A stretch of DNA of 22,007 nt. It comes from Chiloscyllium plagiosum (Eukaryota). The translations under genes were made by a program, and so were the position numbers. The notes beneath the pieces were generated by a model. The model saw only the letters and a program-made list of their open reading frames with translations. It searched no databases and was not told the DNA's origin. The stretch is taken from NCBI RefSeq assembly GCF_004010195.1, contig NC_057718.1, positions 18,020,373-18,042,379 on the forward strand, given 5' to 3'. This document shows, piece by piece, positions 1 through 10,090 of this stretch (positions are counted from its first letter, which is position 1; the number at the start of each line of letters is the position of its first letter).

Positions 1-510
1 GGTTAGTAGGGAACCAATCACAACTGTCTACCTTTGTTTGAGAAATATCTACATGTTGTTATTTAAAGGCTAGAGGGATGTGAAGAGGATTGTTTGGAGT
101 GGGAAAATGGCTTGTTAGTTAAGTAATGCATAATATTTACTTTTGAAACTTTTTCGCACTGATGCATAAGTTATGCAGCCTGCTAATTGAAAAACCATTG
201 TAACACTAACCAACAGGAAAGTGACTCATTTGATCTTTGTGTATACAATACCTTTCACAAAACTTGTATTTAATAAAAACAAAAACAATTGGGTGAAATC
301 ATCTGAATTTCAAGTGAAAGCAGTCCATGTGGGAAAGGAACACTTTTGACAGTTCAATCACACTGCCAATACTGAATACTTACAGGTTAGTTGATCAACT
401 GCAGGATTTAATCTCCCTGCCATGTGCCTCAATCCACTTTGTGAAAGTAATTTTTCTACTCTCCACTTCAATCATTCTTCTCGTTTCCTTGGGCAAGATG
501 TCAAGTCGCA

Positions 511-1080
511 AAAAAAAAGAAAGAAAGATGTGTATTCATAAAATGCCTTTCGTAACCACAGCGTCTCGCAAAAGTCTTTCAACTGTGGCTCATTTTGGAG
601 TTAAATATGGGTTCAAGTCCCATTCCAGGATTTGAGTACAAAGGTCCGGACTGACACTCTGTGGAAGGTGCTGCCTTTCAGGTGCCTCCTTGGGTGAACA
701 GGAAAGGTCACATGATAGTATTGCAAAGAAGGATGACAGGGAAACAGATTGTCTCCGATTGTTATTACTTTGTGGGAGCTTTCTGTGTGCAAGTTTTCTG
801 CTATGTTTCCTATATTGCAACAGTGAAAATTACTTCACTGGCTTTAAAGCATTTTGAGATGTACAGTGATCGTGGAAGGTACATAAACTCCCTTCTTTCT
901 TTTTTGTAGTCACTGACGTAACGTGATATTGACGGGCCAAATGCCTTAGCCTGCTTGTTCACAGAAAACTGCCATAGACAGTCACATGATAGTGACTGGG
1001 TCATCTGTAGTAGAGATTATCAGGACAATAGAGGCAGTACTGTCGTGTGTTTGCATTTTGGGAACTGCCATGAGATGTGT
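511..1080 (-). mobile_element. Old DeuSINE (SacSINE1-like) copy, split by a second DeuSINE (pieces ~511-590 and ~906-1080)
   Basis: 511-585 (AAAGAAAGATGTGTATTCATAAAATGCCTTTCGTAACC...) reads as the reverse complement of the DeuSINE 3' tail. It resumes at 906 (GTAGTCACTG...CAGGACA...TGCCATGAGAT) with the next part of the recalled consensus. Confidence 0.6.
590..905 (+). mobile_element. DeuSINE (SacSINE1-like), degenerate
   Basis: B-box-like GGGTTCAAGTCCCATTCCAG, then CTGACACTC, GGTGCTGCCTTTCAG, TTTGTGGGAGCTTTCTGTGTGCAAGTT, TTTCCTATATTGCAACAGTGA, TACTTCACTGGCTTTAAAGCATTTTGAG and a (CTTT)n tail, in the order of the recalled consensus. Confidence 0.7.
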
Positions 1081-1475
1081 GATGGAATCTTTCAAACGAA
1101 AATATTCATTTATCTAGAATCAGATGTGCTGTAGAGAGTCATACCTATGCCCTACTCTGATCATTTTTGTAATGAATTTTAAGAGTCTCGCCTTCAAAGT
1201 AAATACTAACCTGAAATGTATTTAAATCCTTCACCTTAAATCACAGACATGAACAGAAATGAGGTAATGAATTAGTTAGATGGTGAGCTGGAGGTGAATC
1301 TCCAAAAAAAAGTGTTAGTCAAAATGCTTTTTCGATATCAACAATATAATTTTTTGACATGTTGGCAGTCTCATTAACTTTTTCAAGCCAGTACCTCTGA
1401 TGCTACTTGAGATTTGTTGTTTAACAGGGAGTATTTATCAAAAGCAAGAAGATTAAACCTGGATTATTGTTGACT

Positions 1476-1759
1476 TTAGATTAGATTACTTAGTGTGGAA
1501 ACAGGCTGAAGCGCAACCAACCCAGACCCATTCCCTTACATTTCACCCCTTCACCTAACACTACGGGCAATTTAGCATGGCCAATTCACCTAACCTGCAC
1601 ATTCTTTTTGGACTGTGGGAGGAAACCGGAGCACCCGGAGGAAACCCACGCAAACACTGGGAGAATGTGCAAACTCCACATAGTCAGTCGCCTGAGGCGG
1701 GAAATGAACCGGGTCTCTGGCGCTGTGCCAGTTCTAACCACTGTGCCACCGTGCTGCCC
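1476..1759 (-). mobile_element. HE1-type V-SINE (tRNA-derived), with internal deletions
   Basis: Reverse strand begins GGGCAGCACGGTGGCACAGTGGTTAG, contains the V-domain GTGGAGTTTGCACATTCTCCC...GGGTTTCCTCCGGGTGCTCCGGTTTCCTCCCACAGTCC and ends in an (AATCT)n tail. Highly similar to 3901-4219. Confidence 0.93.
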
Positions 1760-1837
1760 ATAATTCATTTTATAAATAAATATCTTGATTGACTGACTAT
1801 AAATCAATGTACTTTCTCTACCTGTTTTTCTCTTGCT

Positions 1838-2046
1838 CAACTCTCATCTTGAAATATCCAAAGCTCTTTAGGGAAAGAAATCTGTCATCCTTACCATGTC
1901 TGGTATGTTTATCTCCAACTTCACAGCAATGTGGTTGACTCTTGCTTGCGTTGTGAAATGACCTGGCAACCCACTCTGTTCAAGGGTAGCCAGAATGGGC
2001 AATAAATGCTGCATAGCCCAGTGATGTGCACATTCTATGAATAAAT
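1838..2046 (+). mobile_element. 3' half of a second elasmobranch SINE family (TTTAGGGAAGGAAATCTG core, GGGCAATAAATGCTG tail)
   Basis: Shares CTTTAGGGAA.GAAATCTG.CATC.TTA...GTCTGG...TGACTCTTGC with 4263-4340, and its tail resembles 2745-2822. Confidence 0.65.
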
Positions 2047-2057
2047 ATGTTTTAAAC

Positions 2058-2822
2058 AATAGTGTTGAATTGCAGCTGTTCAAGAAGACACCACTATCAA
2101 GCTGAAACAGTTGTTAAGAAGGGTTATAAGGATCCTTGAGTTTATAAATAGAGGCATAGAGTATAAAGGCAAGGAATTGATACCACAGCTCTACAAATTA
2201 TTTGTCAGACCACATTTGGAATATTGTGTTCAGTTCTGGGCACCTACCTTAAGGGAGAATGTTAAAGTCCTAGAGAGAGTGCAAAAGAGATTTACTGGAA
2301 CACCAAGAATTAGGGATTTTAGATACAAGGGAAGATCAGAGAAATTGGGCTTATTCTCTCTGGAAAAGAGAAGATTGAGATGGCCCTGTTGCGGTGTGCA
2401 AAATTGAAATTTTGAACAATTTTGATAGGGTAAAAAAAAAGTTCTTGACATATCCATGAATGGAAAAATAACTGTGGGTCATCATTTCAAGGTTGTCATG
2501 GAATGAGATGAGGGGAAGCCTCTTTACTCAGAGTTGTTTAGAATTTGGAATGTGCTGTCAGGGAGAGAGGTGGAGTCCATTGGAGGTTTAAAAAGACAGT
2601 TTGATGCATATTTGAAAATGATTAATGTAGAGTGCTACGGAAATAGGACTGGAGAATGGGACTAGCTGGGTACCTCTTTCAGGAGCTGGTCCAGACACAA
2701 TGGGTCAAAGACCTCTGATACTGTAAAATTTTATAGTTCTGTCGCAAAGGAACTGGGGATGAGCCATGTATGCTGACACAGCCAGTGACACCCACACAGT
2801 CTGTGAATGGATAAAACAAAAA
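2058..2822 (+). mobile_element. LINE-type 3' tail (pieces ~2058-2098 and ~2745-2822) split by a CR1 insertion
   Basis: TGCAGCTGTTCAAGAAGACACCAC before the CR1 fragment and AAGGAACTGGGGATGAGCCATGTATGCTGACACAGCCAGTGACACCCACA...GAATGGATAAAA after it join into one recalled tail consensus. The tail is the same type as 1981-2046. Confidence 0.5.
2100..2740 (+). mobile_element. CR1-clade LINE, 5'-truncated 3' fragment (decayed ORF2 C-terminus plus 3' UTR)
   Basis: Translation ILEFINRGIEYKGKE..QLYKLFVRPHLEYCVQFWAP...LERVQKRFT...LGLFSLEKRRLR is the typical CR1 ORF2 C-terminus. It is followed by a CR1-like tail (CTGTAAAATTTTATAGTTCT). Confidence 0.92.
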
Positions 2823-3560
2823 GGTCAGGCTCTGCCTGTGTTCAGTTTTGTTTTGGGCTTCCCCAAATGTCGTCATTTTTGCTGCCTGATGCCAGTATAC
2901 ATGGGCCAGATGCGGAGGAGCTCTGAATCCCATCTTTCTCAGAAGGTCCACTAAATTAAATTCCAGTTAGATATTCTTATCTGTGTAGCAGCTGGTTGAA
3001 CCCAGGATCAAAGACCTGTGGAATGGAGAACCTTCATCCACTTGGAGGTTTGCAACTCCTTATTGCTCAGCTATGGCACCTGGAAGACTGTGGCTGCTGC
3101 TGGTACTACATCTCTCCAAAGCCTGGGGTTGCTCATGGCTGCTGACATAGGTGGGAAGAGAGGTGTGCAGTGGACAGCAGCCAGGACAGAGAGTGGCTCC
3201 TTGCAGTTCCTTCCTCTCCTGCTGCCACATCCCTTGACCAGCTAATGAGTGAGTTTGAAGAGGGAGTGCACCTAGAAGTGGTGATGCCAAAAGGGTTTAC
3301 TTTCCAGTCTTGGTGCAAAGCAAGTGTCTCTGCTGGTTGTACAGAAGCATTAATGAGACAAGATTACTTAGTATTAATTACCCACTTAATCACATCACTT
3401 TGTGGCCTTCTCGCCCTGGAATTTATCAGGGCAGAGACTGGAAGGTTTATGAACCTGCCTCTTCGCCCTTGTTTAAATGCCCCCAAGATGCCAGGCTCAT
3501 TGTAGGGAGAGCGCTGCATTTCATACTGAGACTTTGGTGAAGCAAAGTTGCTGTCATTGC
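2823..3560. repeat. Highly degenerate GC-richer interspersed repeat, possibly a non-autonomous Harbinger-type element
   Basis: Motifs GGCACCTGGAAGACTGTGGCTGCTGCTGGTACTACA and TTAATTACCCACTTAA resemble recalled shark MITE-like repeats. A loosely similar inverted stretch lies at ~21233-21430. No TIRs resolved. Confidence 0.3.
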
Positions 3561-3575
3561 TTGCTGTGACCTATA

Positions 3576-3704
3576 AGCCCTGAAGAAGGGCTTATGCCCG
3601 AAACATCGATTCTCCTGTTCCTTGGATGCTGCTTGACCTGCTGCGCTTGTCCAGCAACACATTTTCAGCTCTGATCTTCAGCATCTGCAGTCCTCACTTT
3701 CTCC
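3576..3704 (+). mobile_element. 129-bp Penelope-like element terminal (pLTR) fragment with 14-bp TSD
   Basis: Flanked by the perfect direct repeat TGCTGTGACCTATA (3562-3575 and 3705-3718). The body is homologous to 15068-15200 (+) and 20312-20431 (-). Confidence 0.88.
3580..3607 (+). ncRNA. Minimal type I hammerhead ribozyme motif (PLE-associated), probably inactive
   Basis: CUGAAGA (3580-3586), A, stem II GGGC/UUAU/GCCC (3588-3599), GAAA (3600-3603), CAUC. The palindromic stem III ACGU seen in sister copies is mutated to ACAU, and stem I is truncated. Confidence 0.65.
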
Positions 3705-3794
3705 TGCTGTGACCTATACCAGCTAGAGAACAGTGGCAGGAAGCAGTGGAGTAGCGGTGCATCCATTGTACAGATCAAAACCACTGTTGCGAAG

Positions 3795-4450
3795 GGCATA
3801 GGGTGGAATCTCACCATAGCAGAACTTTGAATTCAATTAATTGAAAATATCTGAAATTAAAGCTAGTTTGATGGTCACCATGAAACTATAGTCAATTGTT
3901 TTAGATTAGATTAGATTACTGACAGTGTGGAAACAGGCCCTTCGGCCCAACAAGTCCACACCAACCCGACGAAGCACAACCCACCCAGACCCATTCCCTA
4001 CATTTACCCCCTCACCTAACACTACGGGCAATTTAGCGTGGCCAATTCACCTAACCTGCACATTTTTGGACTGTGGGAGGAAACTGGAGCACCCAGAGGA
4101 AACCCACGCAGACACTGGGAGAATGTGCAAACTCCACACAGTCGCCTGAGGCAGGAATTGAACCCAGGTCTCTGGTGCTGTGAGGCAGCAGTGCTAACCA
4201 CTGTGCCACCGTGCCGCCCAAATTTGATTTTTTAAAAAAAAACTCATCTGGTACATTAAAGCCCTTTAGGGAAGGGAATCTGCCATCATTATATGGTCTG
4301 GCCTACATATATATCACAAACATTGTCACTGACTCTTGCCTTCTGTCTGGAACGCATCACAAGTACTCAGGTATATCTATTACAAAGCCGAAAGAAAGGA
4401 GCGAAAACAGATGGACCGCTCAACATTGACTAGAAATAATAATGGCAAAC
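3795..4450 (+). mobile_element. Older SINE (same family as 1838-2046) split by an HE1 SINE (pieces ~3795-3900 and ~4220-4450)
   Basis: Left of HE1: GGAATCTCACCATAGCAG...TTGAATTCAAT...CACCATGAAACTATAGTCAATTGT. Right of HE1: AAAAACTCATCTGGTACATTAAAGCCCTTTAGGGAAGGGAATCTGCCATC, which continues the recalled consensus. Confidence 0.65.
3901..4219 (-). mobile_element. HE1-type V-SINE, near full length
   Basis: Reverse strand has head GGGCGGCACGG, A box TGGCACAGTGG, B box GGTTCAATTCC, the V-domain, a CR1-like tail TTGGGCCGAAGGGCCTGTTTCCACACTGT and (AATCT)n. Confidence 0.95.
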
Positions 4451-4502
4451 ATATGGTATCAATTTTGCAACTTCTTCACTACCATGGAGGCTCTCTGTGC
4501 AT

Positions 4503-4862
4503 GTAGCACAGTGGCTCAGTGGTTACCACTGCTGCCTCACCGCATTAGGGACCAGGATTCGATTCAACCCTCGGGCAACTGTCTGTATGGAGTTTGCATA
4601 TTCTTTCCCGTTTCTGCATGGGTTTCCTCTGGGTGCACTGGTTTCCTTCCACAGTCAAAGATGTGCAGGTTAAGTGGATTGGCCATGCTAAATTACCCAT
4701 AGTGTCCAGGGATGTGCAGGCTAGGTGGGTTAGCTGTGGGAAATGCTCAGCCACAGGGATAGGGTGAGTCTGGGTGTGGTACTCTTTGGAAGATTGAGAT
4801 GGCCTCGAAGGACTGAATGGCCTCCTTCCACACTAGGCATTCTATGATGATTCTATGGTTCT
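4503..4862 (+). mobile_element. HE1-type V-SINE (variant with duplicated GATGTGCAGG.TAGGTGG segment)
   Basis: A box TGGCTCAGTGG, B-box-like GATTCGATTC, V-domain GGAGTTTGCATATTC...GGTTTCCTTCCACAGTC and an (ATTCTATG)n tail. Confidence 0.92.
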
Positions 4863-4893
4863 TAACAGCAGGTGGCCTGTGCCTAAATAAGGA

Positions 4894-5046
4894 TTTTAAA
4901 AAAATCACACAACACCAACTCCTTGATGAGGGAGCAGTGCTCCAAAAGTTTGTACTTTCAAATAAGTGTTGGACTATAATTTACTGTTGTGATTTATTTT
5001 TTAACTTTGTCTACCCCAGTTCAACGCTGGCATCTCCACATCATGA
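4894..5046 (+). mobile_element. Penelope-like pLTR fragment (second family) with short inverted 5' piece and decayed hammerhead
   Basis: TTGATGA-G-GGAGC/AGT/GCTCC-AAAA (4923-4947) is a decayed CUGAUGA/stem II/GAAA. The 5' AAAAATCACACAACA is inverted relative to the internal TGTTGTGATTT. Direct repeat AAATAAGGA at 4885-4893 and 5050-5058. Confidence 0.75.
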
Positions 5047-5497
5047 CCAAAATAAGGAGAGATGTCCCATAGATTAGCTATGTTGTCATCTCAAAGAATC
5101 GTATTTTACAATGTCCCAGTCCCACTGGGAGAATGAGTAGAGGTGAGTGGTACTATGCTACACTGTCAGGAGGGAGTTGCCTTGGAGTGTTCAACATTGT
5201 CTCTGGACCCAATGAATCATGGCATCAGGTTACATGTAGGCAAGAAAACCTATTGTTTACTATCCATAACCTCTCCCTGTCAACTGCCTACATCTTCTGA
5301 GTGAATAAAATAACCAATGTATTGAATCTTACAGATTCAGTTGCTATCCACATTAATTTATATACAAACTATAGAAATGATCATGCATTTTCTACATTGC
5401 ACTAATGATCATACTTTAAGAAGTCCTTCATTGACTATAAAGGATTTTGAGATGTCTATTCTCATTGAAATGGTTTGTAAATACAAGTTTTCCTTTG

Positions 5498-5627
5498 AAA
5501 GCAAAATGCTACAGATGCTGAAAATCTGAAAAAAAAAGTCAAAGCACTGGGGAAGCTCAACAGATCTAGCAAGTCTGTAGAGAGAGCTGCAGAGTTTATG
5601 TTTCGAGTCCAGTGTTCATCTTGAGAA
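5498..5627 (-). mobile_element. Penelope-like pLTR fragment (older), decayed hammerhead
   Basis: Reverse strand TTCTCAAGATGAACACTGGACTCGAAACATAAACTCTG...CAGATTTTCAGCATCTGTAGCATTTTGCTTT. It shares the TCAGCATCTG 3' motif and GAAAC with the other pLTR pieces. Confidence 0.65.
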
Positions 5628-6091
5628 TCTTCCAACTTTCCTTAGTGACATTCTTGTCTTCTGTTGCAATAGACTCAGTGCAGAAGTGACTACTTGATCC
5701 CCAGTTACTTTCAAATGTGTTCGTAAAAAGCTACTTTCACTAAAGAATCTGGCCTGGCGCATCGTGCGAAACCACTGATGAAAGGTGATTGTAAATAACC
5801 ACATTAAAAATAAGTTCCAAATGCTTTTGAAGCACAGACAAAATTGTGCGAATTTTGTTTTGTTTCAAACATGCGCTAAGCAGAAGGAAATGCTTCACTG
5901 ACTGCTCATGTTTTCCCTCAGGCCCCGTAATGGGAAGTTTTGAGAGAATTGGTCCTTGGCCACTTTATTCATAATCTGGAAATACAGGTTGCATGGACTG
6001 AAAGCAAGAATAGACTCCATACCATATGCTTGGCGAGGCATCAAAAAAACAAGTCGCTATATATAACTTTTTCCCTTTTAGTCTTTTTATT

Positions 6092-6520
6092 GTATAACAT
6101 GACAGCTTCTGCACTGAACGAGACCATTCAGCCCCTCACGTCTGAACCTTTGTCTATAACTATATAAAATAATTAGCTAGGTTACGGTCTAGGTGGGATA
6201 TATTTCAGAGGGTTGGTGCAGACTCATTGGACCAAATGGCCTGTTTCTGCATTGTGGGGATTCTAGGACAGTTATTTGGATAGACCAACTTACCTTATAC
6301 CCCATAGTCCTGCACACCTTTCCTTTTCAGATAATTATCTGAAACCATAATTGAATTTGACCGTTCCACACACTTAGGAGTGTATCACAGAACCTCACCA
6401 CTTGATGTTTTTCCTCATGACACCTCTGGTTTTTATTTTACCATTCACCTGAAATGAAACCTACATGGCTACTGACCTCTCTTGTGGTTTATTTGTTAAA
6501 TCCTTACATGTTATTGGATA
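6092..6520 (-). mobile_element. Old CR1 3' UTR/tail fragment, interrupted by an HE1 3' fragment
   Basis: GACCATTCAGCCCCTC, then CCCATAGTCCTGCAC...TTTCAGATAATTATC and TTTTTCCTCATGACACCTCTGGT match the reverse of a CR1 3' end. Compare 11716-11925. Confidence 0.55.
6178..6265 (+). mobile_element. HE1 SINE 3' fragment
   Basis: GGTCTAGGTGGGATATATTTCAGAGGGTTGGTGCAGACTCATTGGACCAAATGGCCTGTTTCTGCATTGTGGGGATTCTA aligns with 12170-12249. Confidence 0.8.
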
Positions 6521-7448
6521 AGGAGAGAGTCTGTCCCATCAGGCCCCAGATGTGCTGATTTTACTTGCAGGAAGGAGCAGGAGCAAATCTAACTCATGGC
6601 ACCTGCTATGCTACAGTAACTTCTGGCCCAGTGTTACTCTGAGGAGTATTATATTTCCTCTAGCCATCCAATTCAAAATAATACAAAATTATAGAAAATG
6701 GAACAGCCAAAGCTTTGAGCTTACTTCAACCTTGTAACTGGATTATATTGAATAGTTTCGTTGTTTCTTCAATTGTGAAATTTGTTGTATCATCTTTTCC
6801 ATTGGGTTGTTCCTGGCATGTTGCCTTGGACATTTGAGGAGCCATAATATGGGACTGATTTTCCCAACTTGGTGACATTCTGATTTGAGCCCTGGGGTTG
6901 GACAGAGGTTTTGAGAGCAGTAGTTTCTGATTCTGTGCAGACAGTATTTCCCTAGACCACATGCTTGCACATCCTGGCTGTGGAATGACATCAGCAAGAG
7001 AGTTGGGCCCAGGCGCCTTGATTTCTCTCCTCAGTACAGCAAGAAGTATGTCACAGGGAGGGGAAGAAGAACTTGTGTCTTGCTCCTTCCATTGCACCTT
7101 GGATTCTTCATGGTGTCGTTCTTTCACACAGATCCCAACCATCACCAACTCCAAACATAACTACTTCAGCAGATTTTAACAATCATTTGATGATGACTCT
7201 GTCCTTTATGTAGCTGCATATGTCTACAACTATTTACAATTCATTACAAATGAAGTATTTTACAGTAAGGCGAGGCAGTAAGTTTTTTTCAATGAAATGA
7301 TAAAATTCATACCTGCAGACCCTGCATAAATAATAAGTTATGCACTACAAAACAATTATGTAATTTCATCATTGCTTGAGAGACTGTGAAACATTTTTGT
7401 CAAATTTTTATATTCTGACTATTGTATAGATGTACAATCAACCTTAAC

Positions 7449-7786
7449 TCATAGAATCCCTATAGTGTGGAAACAGGCCATTCAGCCCATTTGAGTCTAC
7501 ACCGTTACGAAGAGCATCCCACCAGACCCAATCCCTGTAACCCTGTATTTCACATAGCTAATCCATCTAACCTGCACATCCCTGGACACTACTGGGAAAT
7601 TTAACACTACCAATTCACCTAACCTGCACATCTTTTGGCTGTGGGAAGAAACTGGAGCACCTGGAGGAAATCCACAGAGACACAGGGAAAAATGTGCAAA
7701 CTCCACACAGACAGTCACAAGAGGGTAGAATTGAACCTGGGACCTGGTAGTGTGAGGCAGCAGTGCTAACCACTGAGCCACCATGT
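7449..7786 (-). mobile_element. HE1-type V-SINE (duplicated-segment variant)
   Basis: Reverse strand CATGGTGGCTCAGTGGTTAGCACTGCTGCCTCACA, B-box-like GGTTCAATTCT, V-domain, and tail GGCCTGTTTCCACACTATAGGGATTCTATGA. Confidence 0.93.
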
Positions 7787-8621
7787 TACTCTTTTAAAGA
7801 AAAATGTAAACCATGCTGATAATTTGACAGTGTTCCAATCTTTTCATTCTTGTCAGAACAGTGAAAGTTCAAGAATCGTCACTATCTGAGTTGTCAGTAT
7901 CTTAAAAAAAAAACGAATGCTGTCTAGAAGAATTCAGTATTATTTTCATTACAATGAATGCATGTGTGTCAGGTTCTATAACATGCTGAATGTATTAAGA
8001 CAAACACGGAAGGTTTTTCTCGGTCATCTAAATGTGATTCCACAGAAGATGTAGGCCATAATTGAGCTCTGATGGATGCTAAAGTGGCAATTTCACTGGA
8101 GAGGACTATGATGCGATTAGTGTAAGAACTATACCTTGCACACTGCTGCTGTAAAGCTGTTACTTTGAGATTGAGTTGAAACATTTTTGAAGCAAAATCG
8201 AGACTGCATTATTCTAAAACTGGCTTCTGCTTGATGCCAGTTTTCCTTTATCAATACTTTATCTCAAGTGGACTTCTTTATGTGTGAACCAAGGCAGTTT
8301 TGTTTTAACTGTTGGCACCAGCATGGTGTGTGCCCAATCTTATCTTCACTCAATGTTGAATAATCCACTTTGCAGCAAACAGCATTAGATTATAATTACG
8401 AACAGCAAGCCAACATGGTTTTTGGATATGAGACTGTATTTGCCCTTGTTGATGTGCTTGCCATGAATAGCTGACTTGACAATAATTCATGAAAGGTTTT
8501 TAACATGTGAACTGTTTATTTGCACCCCTACATTAGATAACACAGTAAGGTAGAGTATTCTCCTGTCTTATGTAGATCACAATCTAATATTTTATTTCTT
8601 TCTCCTTTGCTTTGCAGGTGG

Positions 8622-9241
8622 ATCAGTGAAATGAGGACCTCTGCCCTGGTCCTCCCAAGTAGATGCGATGATCAAGAAGACAACAATGCCTCTTCTTTCT
8701 CAGGAAGCTTAGGAAATTCAACATGTCCATAAGGACCCTCACCAACTTTTACAGATGGACCACAGAAAGCATTCTTTCTGGCTGCTTCACTGATTGGTAC
8801 AGCAACTGCTCTGGCTAAGACCAGACGAAACTACAGAAAGTTGTGAACACATCCCAGATCATCACGAAAGTGAACCTCTCATCCATTGACTCCATCCCCA
8901 CTTTTCATTGCAGCAGAAAGGCTGCCAATATCATCCGGTAATATTCTCTTCCAACCACTTCTGTCAGGCAGAAGATATAGAAGTTTGAACATGTGCCAAC
9001 AGATTCAACAACAGCTTCTCCCATGCCGTTATTAGACTGTTGAATGGACCTCTGTAATTTCAAACCTAATGTTGATCTCGCAATTGTGTACCTCCTGTGT
9101 TGCTGTAACTTTGTATCCCCTACTTTGTCTAAACTCTCAATGATCTGTTTGACCTTGTGTATTATAGTCTGCCTGTACTGCTCACAATACAAAACTTTTC
9201 ACTGTACTTAGGTATATCTGACAACAATAAATCAAATCAAA
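8622..9241 (+). mobile_element. Rex1/Babar-clade LINE, 5'-truncated 3' fragment
   Basis: Frameshifted translation WSSQVDAMIKK..CLFFLRKLRKFNMSIRTLTNFYRWTTESILSGCFTDWYSNCS..KLQKVVNT matches the Rex1-type RT C-terminus. Ends AATAAATCAAATCAA and is homologous to 10790-11170. Confidence 0.85.
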
Positions 9242-9350
9242 CATCTTCAGATCATCAATTGTCAGAGAATAAGAATTGCAATGTTTCAACCCAATGAAGA
9301 ATAGCCTTCTGAATTGTCTTTGTGTGTGGTGCTAATGGGAAAAGTTGTAC

Positions 9351-9416
9351 CATAGAATAATTCAACCTTACAATACAAAAGAAGGCCATTTGGCCCATTG
9401 ATCCTAACCCACTAGC
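9351..9416 (-). mobile_element. Short CR1 tail remnant
   Basis: CATAGAA...TACAATACAAAAGAAGGCCATTTGGCCCATTG is the same motif as 11716-11762. Confidence 0.5.
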
Positions 9417-10090
9417 TTTAATTCAGAATTGATGATATAGCAGTAATTTGTTTTTATCATTTCATGGATTTTAAAATGACAGATTATTGGTTTTAATATA
9501 GTTAAGGAATACATATTTTATATACATTTAGGCCAACATTCACTCCTAATCTTAAACTTTATTAATAATCATCTGAAATAATTACATTGAAATCAAGATT
9601 GTTTAACCTGTAGGAAAAGGTAATTGCAGTATACTATGGTGCATTAAAATCCCAAGTAGACTTGAAATATTTATAAATTAATTGAGAATAATCAGGGAGG
9701 GATTGGTGACATACAGGTAAGGAAGGAAGATTAAGGTAGCTGCATAATTATAGACGGTAATTCATTTCAATTCTTGTCACCACTTACAAAAAAAAAGTGA
9801 AATAAGTTGATTGCACAAGGGTGTAAGTCAATTGTAATAAATTACTGCACATATTAGCAATTTATAATCCTAATGTGAGGTCAAAATTCCAAGAGACTAA
9901 TGATCACATGCTGACATTTGAGCAGGTTACAGGAATAGAATCCCTGGAAGAAAAAGGAAAAATATTTATCCCAAATATACAACCTAGTGTGTGGTTGACT
10001 ATTCAAATTGCTGATATGTTAAACTTTGTAATTTACTTGTACATCAAGAGGAGGCCAGTTACTAACAGAGTTATACAAAGGAAGTTCCCT

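Noticed and set aside
5616..5804. 62-aa minus-strand ORF with a possible acceptor (CTTTCATCAG)
   Set aside because: No recognisable homology and no partner exons. The stop codon is supplied by the adjacent PLE fragment.
6552..6630. Tiny Harbinger-type MITE ends (also ~19181-19330)
   Set aside because: The putative TIRs match poorly and there is no clear TSD.
9614..9722. Plus-strand micro-exons (TAG|GAAAAG|GTAATT and CAG|...ATACAG|GTAAGG)
   Set aside because: The donors look plausible but the acceptors lack pyrimidine tracts, as expected by chance.
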